A DNA stretch of 63,654 nt, filler included, from Octopus bimaculoides (Eukaryota): NCBI RefSeq assembly GCF_001194135.2. It is 5 parts of 5 records of this genome, joined end to end, with 100 filler letters (N's around TTAATTAATTAA, not from the genome) between each part and the next. Parts side by side here need not be neighbours in the genome. Positions count along the whole stretch, not along the records: positions 38,890 to 55,681 come from NC_068989.1; positions 55,782 to 60,397 come from NC_068997.1; positions 60,498 to 63,654 come from NC_068982.1; 2 more parts are not named here. One strand, given 5' to 3'. Positions 50,761 to 62,588 of the stretch are shown here, piece by piece. The number at the start of each line of letters is the position of its first letter. Position 1 is the first letter of the stretch. A program made the translations under genes and the position numbers. The notes beneath the pieces are model-generated. The model saw nothing but the letters and a program-made list of their open reading frames with translations. It searched no databases and was not told the DNA's origin.

Positions 50761-52081
50761 CATTTACAATTACTCACTGCTATTAAAATTACATTTGAGA
50801 ATGAAAATTGCCAATGTTAATTAAAGTAATCCTGATTTCGATTACATTATAGGAATGTATTATGTACATAAGTGATGTTATCTGTACAGATTTTCACTGT
50901 GTTGAATGAAACATTTTAATCCATCCAAAATTCTGTTAATGAAAAAAAGATAGGGAAAATAAAATTTGCATATTTAATCTTTCTATTCCTCCCTCTCTCT
51001 CCCCCATATCTTTTCACACTGTCACTCTCCCGCTCTCTTTATTTCTTTCTTCATTCGCAATGCCTACTAGATTTGGCAGATAGGGAATTCTGCAGCCTAA
51101 TAGGAAAATATATGAACTTCATCGAGAGGGATTCAGCAGTGGCTGGCGGTTGCTTTCTGCTATAATATTTACAGTTGAAACTGTTAACCTGAGTGCCACC
51201 AAAGCACAAGGCCAAATTAATCTATTTAACCTTCAGGCACAGGCCACGTCAAGAAACTGGTGCTCACGTGATATCATAGCATACCCACGCACTGGAGAGA
51301 CGTGTCAAGTGCCCCCATCCAAAGAACTTTTTATATCGTATTCACACGATCGTCTTCTGATATTTGACATATAAATGGGTCTTTCCTAGTTAATACAATG
51401 GAGGCACAGAACAGATTTGGAATTCTTGTTGGATAATAGGTAGGCCCTTACTATCTCACGTTTCCTGAAGATTCGAGCTGGAGACGCATTAGAAAATGTA
51501 GTCGAACAATTACTTAGTCTAAAAAAAAACGATTTATGCATGATTTTGGTACAGAAAATATGTTTGACTGATATACTTATTTTACACTACTTAAATATAT
51601 GAAGAGATCAGAAACGCATATATGCCACATTTTCGTTTATGCATGAATGCATATCATATAAAGTTTATTAAAATAGGGAACATGCTTAGAAACATATACG
51701 CAATATGCTGTGAAAGAAAATGTTTTCGGAGAAGTGGTGAGAGGAGTTGCAGAGAATTCACACCTGTAGGGTGTGGTTTGTCATAACGTTGTAATAATGG
51801 GGATTTTGGAGTAAAAAATACTGAAATACATTTCAGAGGGTGTAAATATTTATTATATCGGAATTTATGTCTGAATTTAATATGAAAATAAGATTTGGTG
51901 GGAAAGCTCACATACATACTGACAAAAAACACTATTTTCTGAAAAATTAATTTCGTATTAAATTTCAATAACATTGGAATCTCCAACATCTTAAACGTAT
52001 TTGTAGAAAGTTTCATAAACAATATCCAGTTATGAGAAGTGAAATCCATTGAGGAACATATGTACTGGTATACTACAATTA

Positions 52082-53317
52082 TTAGGTTGTTCCAAAAATA
52101 AAGGCCGATTTCATAAACATAATTTTATTCTGCAGAAATTAACAATAGATATGTTTTGATTAGTTAAAGTATGAGTCGTGAACATCAATGCATCTCTGCT
52201 ATCGATCAACAAGATTATTTATGCCTCGTTGACAAAAACTTATTGGCTTTGATACTAAGAAATCTTTGAAAGCTGATTCCACCTCTGGTTTGGACCTAAA
52301 AGTTTTATCACATAAAACATGTTTAAATGTTTTAAAAAATGGTAGTAACTGGGGAAAGCATCTTGAAAATATGGAGGATTTGATAAAGTCTCGTATCTCA
52401 AGTTTGTGAGTTTCTACAACGTCATTCTTGTAACATGTGAATTTGCATTATCATGAAACAGAATTGGGACACGCCGGTTCCCCAATGCAGGTCTCATTTT
52501 TTTGCAAGTGAGCATCCATTTCAGCGAGTTGATTGCAGTAAACCTCTGTTGTGATGCTCTGATTGGCTTCTAGAAACTGTAACAGACAACACCCATTGCA
52601 GACCACCAAACAGTCACCATAAGTTTTTGCTGATGCAACTTTGGCGTTGGGAATTGCTTGGGGTCCCAGCACGATCAAGCCATTGACCTGATTTACAGTT
52701 ATCATAAAGGATCCACTTTTTGTCCTAAGTGACCATTCGGTCAAGAAAAGGATCATTGGCGTTTCGCAGAAAGAGCATCGCGCACACTTCAAAACGCCGA
52801 ACTTTTTGATTTTTATGCGGTTCTTCATTTATCGCGCGTTTTCTCCTTGCCAATCTTCTGTAGATTGCTTGAGACCGTTACAATACCGACACGATGTGCC
52901 TGAGACATTTCCCTGACACTTTGACGTGGGTTTGTTCAACAAGTGCTTTCAATTGTTCCTTGTCAAGACTGCATGACCGTCCTCTACCTTCTTCGTCTTC
53001 AAGGATCTCATCACCACTACGGAATTTCTGAAACGACATTCGTACTGTGCAATCATCTGTGGACACGTTCCCCCGTGCTCTGTGGATATTAGCAGCAGTT
53101 TTGAAGACACTGTGTCCAAGCTTGAAGTCATGCAAGCAAAGTAAACGAAGATCCTATGTTTAAAGAACGTTGTCTGAAATAACTAGAAAATTATTAAAGA
53201 GAATATATCAATTATTAAGTGTGTCGAAATACACCTAAAATATAATTAAAATTCTATAATAAAATTGCGTTTTAAAATACAACACTTAGGGAGGCCATTA
53301 TTTTCGGAACAATCTAA
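52082..53317 (-). mobile_element. Full-length (1236 bp) decayed mariner with both TIRs and TA TSD
   Basis: TIRs ttaggttgttccaaaaataaaggcc (52082-52106) and ggccattattttcggaacaatctaa (53293-53317), 3/25 mismatches, TA on both sides; HDFKLGH, FQKFRSGDE.LEDEEGRGR, HDNANSH; multiple stops and frameshifts. Confidence 0.95.
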
Positions 53318-54789
53318 TAACTCCGGCCGATTACACTATTTCATTGTCCATCCGTTACCGGAAATCCATTATAAACATGTATAGTTTAAGTAATGATAAT
53401 AGTAGAGACATGATAATCATGGATATTTTAAAGCAATGTGTATATACACAAGAACGTTTTCCGCCAAATTTGTGTCCTCATAACAACAAGCAATGGATAT
53501 TTTTTAGTTTAATTTTCTACAAATATGATTTAGATGGTGTAGATTCCTATTATATATAAATTCATTGTGAAAAAAACATGTTTTGGGGGAGTGGACTGAA
53601 GCGTCTTCGAACATTTTCGCAATAATAGGAGTTATTAAATAGAAGATTCGATAAATTCCTTTCAGACTATGTAGATTACAATTAATTTTTAACTTAGTAT
53701 GAAAATAAAAATTGGTGGGATAACACACACACACATACATACTTACACACATCACTTTCTTAGTAGTTTCTAAGCTGAAGTGAAGACAAAATATTCTTTG
53801 TCTATCTCCTTACCTTCTTGCAGGTTTTAAGTAAAATTATACTAATGTGTTCATCTGTTTTAATTTAATTTAATTCTGTGTATTTAGGCAGCTGAGGATT
53901 GCTATGCATCTAAATTGATGTAATCATTGCATTGTTCAATTAAGTGGAGTTGCTTGAAAACATCGTACTGCATTACCTCTGAATATCCTGTTGCTTATTT
54001 TGATTTTAATCACCTTATTTAGGAATTATATATATATATGCAGAGAGAGAAAGAGAGAGAGTGAGAGGAAGATATTAGTTATGGGATTCGATATAATCTA
54101 GGCACATCACAAATTAGGACATGAAAACGGCTATGTTCAATAACATAAGATTTACAGTGAGATAGAACAGCCATGAAGGAATCAGGTTTTGGTAGGATAG
54201 TGTCAATATGTAAGTATCAAATACAAAGTAAACCGTAGATTTCACTCGAAGCTGGCTATAGGTGTGGCGTCGGTAATATAAATATTGAGAAATGACTTTT
54301 AAAATTTTCTATTGCGCTTTCGTTTTGTGATGTATTCATAGATTACAGCATAACATAAATCCATCATCTTCAGATAAAACAGTTTAAACAGGTGAGAGAA
54401 TATCTTGCTCATGACGAATCCAACGATATTGTTGGATTAGTGGTATTTTGAAAAATAACTTTCGAATTTATAGGGAAATTAGAATGAGTGGCTTTAACAG
54501 GCATGCGAGAGAAAAAAAGTGATCATACGACTGTTATTTCACGACACGGGGCTTAATTAGTTTATACTCAATACTGGCTATGAGAAGGTACAAGTAACAC
54601 AGACATGGTGTAGCCAAAAGGATGTCCTTGATGTCATTAAACTCAAGCAGATAAATGAAAGCCAGCCTCAAGTCAACAAGTAATCATAAAACTGTCATCA
54701 CCTTTTCACACACGTAGACACAAGCTCATTGACAGATACACACACGCACATACAGACATATATGTGTACATATATGTATTATTTCTTTA

Positions 54790-54978
54790 CTACCCACAAG
54801 GGGCTACACACAGAGGAGATAAACAAGGACAGACAAAAGGATTAAGTCGATTATATCGACCCCAGTGCGTCACTAGTACTTATTTAATCGACCCCGAAAG
54901 GATGAAAGGCAAAGTCGACCTCGGCGGAATTTGAACTCAGAACGTAGCGGCAGACGAAATACCGCTAAGCATTTCGCC
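54790..54978 (-). mobile_element. SINE family B, head truncated
   Basis: Nearly identical to 26562-26760. Confidence 0.88.
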
Positions 54979-55034
54979 GCCTACATATATTTACATACAC
55001 TCACAAACACACACACACGCACACACACATATTT

Positions 55035-55160
55035 ATATATAGGCGCATGTGTGGCTTTGTGGTAAGAAACTTGCTTTCCAGCCACATGGTTCTGGAATCA
55101 GTTCCACTGTGTGGCACCTCGGGCTAGTGTCTTCTACTTTAGCCCCAGAACGGCCCATAT
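55035..55160 (+). mobile_element. SINE family A 5' part
   Basis: ggcgcatgtgtggctttgtggtaagaaac...gtggcacctcgggctagtgtcttctactttagcc. Confidence 0.75.
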
Positions 55161-55175
55161 ATAAATGTCTTCCAG

Positions 55176-55610
55176 TAGTAACATAGTTCTGTATGGAACA
55201 GCTATACTGAAGAGTCACCAAACTTTGCTTTTCACTAGCGATGCTACTTCCATCAGTTATAACGATATTAGAACTAGTTATTTTGCTTGTTGCAAGATCA
55301 CCGGCTGATTGTCGCTTATTTGTTTATATAGAGCGATTAGGAATGAATGACTGCCGTCTCTAGAAGGCAAGTACCGAGAAAGGGTAATACCCTGAAACCA
55401 GTTCTAGTCAACTGGTATTGGCACGCCAGACGGGAGTGATTCGCTTCCTTACCCGCATTACATCAGGCGGGTTGTATGCCGTTAACAAGCTGAAAAAGAT
55501 GTTTTCCTGGGTTTATAATATAGTAACATAGTTCTGTATGGAACAGCCACGCTAAAGTGGTATCAAACATTACCTTTCAGTATCGCTACGACTTGCATTT
55601 GTTATAGGTT
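55176..55610 (+). mobile_element. 345-bp repeat unit (about 1.25 copies) with highly structured interior and damaged hammerhead; retrozyme-like
   Basis: 27-bp exact direct repeat at 55176-55202 and 55521-55547 with about 60 bp of weaker similarity beyond; HHR-like junction 55366-55427; nested stems closing at 55285-55291/55484-55490. Confidence 0.55.
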
Positions 55611-55633
55611 TCAGAAATGGCTAATTTGTTTGT

Positions 55634-55681
<48 letters not shown>

Positions 55682-55781
55682 NNNNNNNNNNNNNNNNNNN
55701 NNNNNNNNNNNNNNNNNNNNNNNNNTTAATTAATTAANNNNNNNNNNNNNNNNNNNNNNNNNNNNNNNNNNNNNNNNNNNN
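55682..55781. other. Artificial scaffold join (44 N + TTAATTAATTAA + 44 N)
   Basis: Linker at 55726-55737. Confidence 0.95.
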
Positions 55782-55814
55782 AAAACCCTCACAACAACAC
55801 ACACACACACACAC

Positions 55815-55877
55815 TCTTTGTTTTGTCCTGTGATGTCCATGTTTCCCTTAATGTAAACCCCTGTGGTTAATAAAGAA

Positions 55878-55932
<55 letters not shown>
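55815..55932 (+). mobile_element. Tx1-like LINE 3' tip followed by (ATT)n
   Basis: aacccctgtggttaataaagaaattattatt, cf. 42710-42780. Confidence 0.55.
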
Positions 55933-55933
<1 letters not shown>

Positions 55934-57525
55934 GGTGGCAAGCTGTCAGAATCATTGGCCTGTCGGATTAATAGCTTAGCAGCGTTTTACTTCTCTTTAT
56001 GTTGTGAGTTCAAATTCCGCTGAGGTCAACTTTGCTTTTTATCCTTTCGGGGTCGATGAAATATGTACCAGTTGAGCACTGGGGATCAATATAATTGACT
56101 ACCCCCCTCCTGCTGTACATCAGACCTTTTACCTACAATAGAAAATCATTATTATTTATTTATTTATTTTATTTATCAGTTCAGTTAATCTTACCAATTA
56201 TCTAAAGGTTTTCCTTCCACCCCACTCCCCGTCCATAAGGTACATGTGGTTCTCGTTAAAGGGCATTGTTACTCTTGCTTGTAATTACTGTAACGAGATG
56301 ATTAATGACAGTGATGATGGACATGGCTGAGACATTGATGTCCCAGTCTAAAATGTCATTATTTAATTACACCCCGTTTACGTTCTGAGTTCAAATCCCA
56401 CCTGGGAATTGGTTTGCCTTTTATCCACCCTGGGTCAATAGAGCAGGTGATAGTTTAATATTGCCAGGTGATGGTGGAGGAGCAATAAAATCAGCTAATG
56501 CACACACACCGAAAAGGAAACTTGTGGCTTTGTGCCAATGTTAGAAGTATTTATTTGATTTCTTAATTAGTTGAGGATGGTGGATTGGCAAATTCGTTAG
56601 AGCATCAGACAAATCATTATGTGGTAGTTGTTCCAGGTCTTACCATTCTTTGTTCAAATCTCACCAAGTTCGAGTTTGTCGCTCTTATTCACCAGGAGTC
56701 AATACAAATTGTTGTTGTTGTTGTTGTTGTTAATAATAAGATGGCGTGTTGGCAGAATTTGTAGCACACCAGACAAAATTCTTAGCAGCATTTTGTCTGT
56801 CTTTACGGTTTTAAGTTCAAATTGTGCCTAGGTCAATTTCGCATTTTTCCTTTTGGTGGGGGTCTATAAAATAAGTACCAGTTGAACACTAGGGGCCCAA
56901 TGTAATTAACTGACCTTTCCCCACAAAATTTCAGGACTTGAGTGTATAGTAGATAGCATTGTTGTTATTATGGCTCGCTGGTTAGAGCATCAGGCTCACA
57001 AACATGAGGTAGTGAGTTCAATTCCCGGACCAGGCTGTGTGTTGTTTTCTTGACCAAGACACTTTATTTCACGTTGCTCCAGTTCATTCAGCTGTAGAAA
57101 TGTGTTACAGAGTCACTGGTGCCAAGCTGTATCGACCTTTCCCTTGGATAACATCAATGGTGTGGAGAGGGGAGTCTGGTATGCATGGACGACTGCTGGT
57201 CTTCCGCAAACGACATTCCTTGGACTTGTACCTCAGAGGGTAACTTCCTAGGTGCTATCCAATGGTCATGCATGACTGAAGGGGGTCGATACCCTCTTAC
57301 TATTATTATGCCAAAGGTGGTGAGCTGGCAGAATTGTTAGCACGCCAGGCGAAATGCTTTGCGGTATTTCATCTTCCGCTACGTTCTGAGTTCAAATTCC
57401 ACCGAGGTTGACGTTACCTTTCATCCTTTCGGGGTTGATAAATTAAGTACCAGTTACGCACTGGGGTCGATGCAATCGACTTAATTCGTTTGTCTGTCTT
57501 TGTTTGTCCCCTCTATGTTTATTAT
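55933..57525 (+). mobile_element. Cluster of five co-oriented SINEs (four family B, one other tRNA-headed family at about 56968-57300)
   Basis: gttctgagttcaaat-type B-boxes near 56005, 56382, 56810 and 57382; ggctcgctggttagagc...gagttcaattcc head at 56970-57025. Confidence 0.8.
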
Positions 57526-58346
57526 TTTTATACAGTTTTTAATAATATTTAACTATAAAAATATAACAGGATTTTTTTAAAGCATAAAATAGCTGTTGGG
57601 GTCCACCCAGGTAAAATAAGAATCACAGAGGTCCATAGGTAAAAAATGAATGGGAAACACTGAAATAAACCTCTCAAGGGTGTGCCTATGAATGGCCACA
57701 GTCCTGTGACCGAAAATAGTAAAAGGTGAATAATTCTAAAAAAAATATCCTTTATTCCTTAGTTGTTTTTTTTTAAATTTTATTTTCTTTTTCTTTTCAT
57801 GTTTCCAACTTCTGTTATACTTTTAATGTTCTTCTGTTTCCTTTATTTTACTTCACGGAATTGCATGGCTATCTGTATATCTTTCCAGGTTTTTTCTACA
57901 GTGGGCACCTGTTGGTCGTCTGGCCTCCGCCCACCCCGCGTGGGGTTGGCCATTATCTGGCAAGGGGGCCATCGCTGCCTCTCTCGCAACGTACTGCCCC
58001 CCTCTCTTCTTCATCCCGACATGCATGATCTTCTACTACTACTACTACCACTACTTCCGCTAGCGTTACCACTACAACCACCACCACTACTACGATTTGT
58101 GCTGGCAAAAACACAAAACAATCGCAAAAATATCAGAAAACCAACAAATATAAAACGCAAAAGAAAATAGCCAAAAGTGGAACTCCTGATACCGTCACAA
58201 TGGTAGCATGCAATGTACAGCCTTTTCTTCCATTTATTATTACGACTACTAATGCTACCGTTGTTTCTACTACTACCACTATTAGTATTATTATTACTAC
58301 TCTGTTGGGCACCATGTCTCAAAAGGTGACTCTCGTGTTGCTTATA

Positions 58347-58378
<32 letters not shown>

Positions 58379-58463
58379 ACTACTACTACTATTACTACTA
58401 CTATTGGTGATGGTGTTGGTGATTTCTTTTTGTTATTTGACTTGCTTGGAGATTTCTTCCTAC

Positions 58464-59010
58464 ACTCACCCAATCATTCACTCATCCTCTCCTTCACTCA
58501 CCCTCTCCTTCACTCACCGTTTCCTTCATTTACTTTACCCTTTACTCCATCACACCTGCACCTACACTCACCTTATCGTTCACTCTATCACATCCCTTAC
58601 CTACACTTACACTCACACTATCCTCCACTCACTCCGTCCTTCACTCACCCTATACTCCACTCCATCACGTCCCTACCTACATTCACATCATCCTTTACTC
58701 AACCTGCCCTTCATTCTCCCCATACTTCACTCACCTTATCCTCCACTCACCTTGTCCGTCACTTACTCTATTCTTCATTCACCCTGTCCTCCATTTGCCT
58801 TCTCCTTCACTCACCTTAACCTTCACTCACCTTAACCTTCACTCACCCTAACCTTCACTCACCCTATCCTTCATCCCATCACATCCTCACCTACACTCAC
58901 ACTAACTTTCTTCTTCACACACCTTGCCCTTCACTCCATCACATCCCTACATACACTCACATTCACCCTATCCTTCACTCAGTCACATACTCCATTCTCA
59001 TTCCACATTT
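58464..59010. repeat. C/T/A-only degenerate minisatellite built on CCTTCACTCACC
   Basis: Eleven ACTCACC; cleanest 16-bp units ccttcactcacc(t/c)taa at 58804-58865. Confidence 0.85.
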
Positions 59011-59339
59011 CACTCAAACCCTCACCCCCCACCCCCACCATGTATTTTTATTTCTGACTTTTGGTGGTTGGTTTGTTTTTCTTTCTTTTGTTGTTGTTTT
59101 CTTCTTTTTTCAGGTCGGTCGGTTGGTGTGTGTGTGGTTTTGTTTTTAGTTTGTTTGGTGTGGTTCATAATTGCTTCTTTCTCTCTTTATTTTTAATTTC
59201 ATTGTTGTTTTTATTTTAGTATTGAATTAATATTATCAATGTGATTGTTACTGTTCTTGTTGTTGTTGGTATTGTTCTTAATAACACTCTAGCACCTAGA
59301 TGCACTGATATACATACATACGTACATACACACTTCACA

Positions 59340-59770
59340 GACATACACATAGACAGAGAAAGAGACATAAAAACAAAAGCATGGAAAACGAACTTTTCTT
59401 TGAACAACGAAAGAAACAAATAGAGACAGAAGACAGGCAACATAAAGAACATTCCCTTCATCAGTTGTCCCCTGTTTTATCTACTCCGCGTTTCGAAGGT
59501 AGGGACAAGACGCGACTTCGTTAAATCAGTCTTTCCCACAAAGCAAATTAAATAAAATTCGGGATTTTTTTGCGGAGGGTGAAAGTGGTAACAAAAACAG
59601 GACAGTAAGAACAAAACAGTAAAAACAGTGAGGGCTGTGAAGCCATAACAAGGTGAAGTGGTGAACGCTGGAAAAACTAGCTTTGAGAAGTGATGGGCAA
59701 AAGCATGTCTTGTCTTGGAAGGAAGAAAGAAAGATAGATAGCCGTTGGTCACGTGTGAGCAACGAGAGAG
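59340..59770 (-). mobile_element. Repeat family D
   Basis: Colinear with 44670-45150 and 1180-1335. Confidence 0.7.
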
Positions 59771-60065
59771 TCAAGGAGGGAGAGTGAGAGAGAGAGAGGG
59801 AACGGTGAAGGGGAGAAGAGAAGAATTAGAGGAAGGGTGGGAGAGAAAAACAGAAAGGAAGAAGAACAAGAGAGAGGGGTAGAATAGAGATAGGTTGTAG
59901 AGTGCACATCGGAATTATTAAGTTAACACTTACTTGGAAATGGATGCCTGGCATTCGAGCATATAATAATATAAATAGTATATATGTATATATATATATA
60001 TATATGCATTTATACATACATATATGTACATACCTACATATATATGTATATATACATGCATATAT

Positions 60066-60265
60066 GGGTACAGGATGTCAAAAAAAACGTGAACAAAATG
60101 AGAAACGAGAACATATAAAGCAAGCTTGTTTTAATTTCCATCTACCAAATCCACTGACAAGGGTTTGGCTGGCCCAAGGCCATAGCCGAAGACACTTTGC
60201 CATGCAGTAGGAATGAACCCAGAACCATGTTGTTGGGAAGCAAACTTCTTATCACACAGCCACGG
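60066..60265 (-). mobile_element. Family D tip (60066-60115) fused to a SINE family A 5' part (60121-60265)
   Basis: gggtacaggatgtcaaaaa; ttccatctaccaaatccact...gaagacactt...gaacccagaaccatg...cacacagccacg. Confidence 0.7.
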
Positions 60266-60397
60266 TGTTTGGATGGGTGACAATGATGTAGTAGTATCAT
60301 GAGGTGTCCTTGATGTTTAGGTGTTTTGTATGTATGTATGTATGTAGTGGCGGTGGCGGGGGGGGTTAGTGAGGAGGGCAGCGGTGGTGGAGGGGGG

Positions 60398-60497
60398 NNN
60401 NNNNNNNNNNNNNNNNNNNNNNNNNNNNNNNNNNNNNNNNNTTAATTAATTAANNNNNNNNNNNNNNNNNNNNNNNNNNNNNNNNNNNNNNNNNNNN
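60398..60497. other. Artificial scaffold join (44 N + TTAATTAATTAA + 44 N)
   Basis: Linker at 60442-60453. Confidence 0.95.
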
Positions 60498-60886
60498 AAG
60501 CATTTGACCCAGACTGCCTTTTCCCAACTGTTAAATAGGGAGGAGGATCTGTGATGATCTGGTGGGGGCTATATCTTGGAAATCCGCCGACCCAATGGTT
60601 TCCCTTCATGGCAGAATTAATAGTCAAGAATATTTAAGCATTTTATCTGATCAAATTCATCCTATGTTTGCGGAGGAAAACGCAATCTTTCAGAATGATA
60701 ATGCACCAATTCACACAGCTAAATTTGTTACTGAATGGCACGAGGAACATTCTAGTGAAGTTGAACATCTTATCTGGCCACCACAGTCCCTAGATCTCAA
60801 TATTATTGAACATTTATGGTGCATTTTAGAAAAACAATTAAGGAGTCGATATCCTCCACCATCATCACTACAAGAACTAGAGACTG
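60498..60886 (+). pseudogene. Tc1-family transposase catalytic fragment with DD36E spacing
   Basis: GGGSVMIWW, GRINSQEYLSIL, FQNDNAPIHTAK...WPPQSLDLNIIEHLW; 36 residues between the D of QNDN and the E of IIEH. Confidence 0.88.
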
Positions 60887-61098
60887 GAAACAATTCAAAC
60901 TTTGTGAAGCTTCGCTGGATTGCTTCAAGGTCTGACGTCAATTTTACACTGTGGGGTGACCATAGCTGGGAGCAGTAGTCCAGGCGACTGAGGACGAATG
61001 TCCTTCAGAGGACCATCATGGTTTCCTTCTCTCTGGTTCTAAAGGTTCTTAGGATCCAGCCAGCCAGTCGTCTGTGCTTTGTCACCATCCTATTAATG

Positions 61099-61102
<4 letters not shown>
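60887..61102 (-). mobile_element. CR1-clade LINE fragment
   Basis: RRLAGWILRTFRTREKETMMVL..TFVLSRLDYCSQLWSP...LEAIQRSFTK. Confidence 0.88.
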
Positions 61103-61137
<35 letters not shown>

Positions 61138-61187
61138 GTATACACACACATACATGCATACATGCATACATACATACATATATATAT

Positions 61188-61390
61188 AAACGAAGAACAA
61201 ACACAAGTAACAATAAAAACAACAACGAGGACCTGGTACATGCAAAGTATTAGTAGACGCTCAGGAAAGGAAAGAAAGGTGGTTTTACGTTTCGAGCAAA
61301 GCTCTTCTTCAGAAACAGAGGTAAGTCCAATAGAAAAGGAATACGGAGGAAAATATCGCCAACGATTCACATGTGGTTACATTTTGAAAT
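61188..61390 (-). mobile_element. Penelope-like terminal-repeat fragment with intact minimal hammerhead, ending in (TA)n
   Basis: Related to 1-348; HHR at 61282-61316. Confidence 0.65.
61282..61316 (-). ncRNA. Minimal type I hammerhead ribozyme, canonical core, GUA triplet
   Basis: Minus strand: GTTT / CTGAAGA / A / GAGC-TTT-GCTC / GAAA / C-GTA (palindromic ACGT stem III) / AAAC. Confidence 0.75.
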
Positions 61391-62530
61391 GACATACCTA
61401 TATATAAATATATCATTCAATGAACACAGTATAAAGAAACGAACTATTAATAGTTTCTTGTTTTGGAGACACGGTTCAAGGCAAGTTTTTACAACATACC
61501 TTGTATCTCCAAATAATCTTCAAACTCTGAACACATTGTGTATTCTATTTGCAAATCAGGACGCTGCCTAGACCCGTGTCTCCAAAGCAAGTAACTATTA
61601 GTAGCTTGTATCTTTATACTGCATACATGAAATGATATTTATCTCTCACTGAATGGAATACTTTCTTTTGTACATCTTACTTTAACGTTACTGTAAACTA
61701 TTTACACCTATATATGTGTATGCGTGCGTGTGTGTGAGTGCCTGTCTGTGCGTGCGTGTGTGTGTGTATTTCGAGCCTGTCTGAAGACGTGTTCGGTATG
61801 ATTAAATGCTCTTTGTAAATTGCATTTACAAATCACATTTATAATATGACATCATCGATTAACGAACAAGGGAATATTTATGACAAATAAAAGAAAGAAA
61901 TACCAAATTCATGCTTCATGTTTTTTCTCTCATAAAGGAAGTGTTCTCCGTATTCTGCATAGAACTGTATGGAATCTCGCCGCTGAACGAATTAAACATG
62001 ATTACTATTAAGAGCCACAGCCAAAACGGTTATTTTGTCCCGCACATTGCGCATGCATTTCCATTTATCTATCTATCTATCTATCTTTCGGTCTATCTGT
62101 TTGTCTGCCTATCTATCTATACATCCACCCACCCACGCATATATATATATATATATATATATATGCGTGGGTGTGTGTGTGTGTGCGTGTGTGTATGTAT
62201 GTATATATANNNNNNNNNNNNNNNNNNNNNNNNNNNNNNNNNNNNNNNNNNNNNNNNNNNNNNNNNNNNNNNNNNNNNNNNNNNNNNNNNNNNNNNNNNN
62301 NNNNNNNNNNNNNNNNNNNNNNNNNNNNNNNNNNNNNNNNNNNNNNNNNNNNNNNNNNNNNNNNNNNNNNNNNNNNNNNNNNNNNNNNNNNNNNNNNNNN
62401 NNNNNNNNNNNNNNNNNNNNNNNNNNNNNNNNNNNNNNNNNNNNNNNNNNNNNNNNNNNNNNNNNNNNNNNNNNNNNNNNTATATATATATATATATATA
62501 TATAGGAATAGAGAAAACGTGAGATAGATG

Positions 62531-62588
<58 letters not shown>

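Noticed and set aside
51071-51374. Polypyrimidine tract, AG and an apparently long plus-strand exon
   Set aside because: On careful translation the acceptor frames close within about 31 codons, and the 74-aa ORF frame has a stop just after the AG.
58200-58835. 211-aa ORF with poly-Leu, looking like a membrane protein
   Set aside because: Produced by (CTA/CTG)n and the stop-poor CACTCACC repeat.
59450-59500. Family D carries CTGATGA-AGGG and CGAAAC on the minus strand (also 1300-1335, 44815-44860)
   Set aside because: GAAA lies upstream of the core, the intervening segment forms no stem I, and no GAAA follows the AGGG hairpin. It may descend from an HHR but is not one as written.
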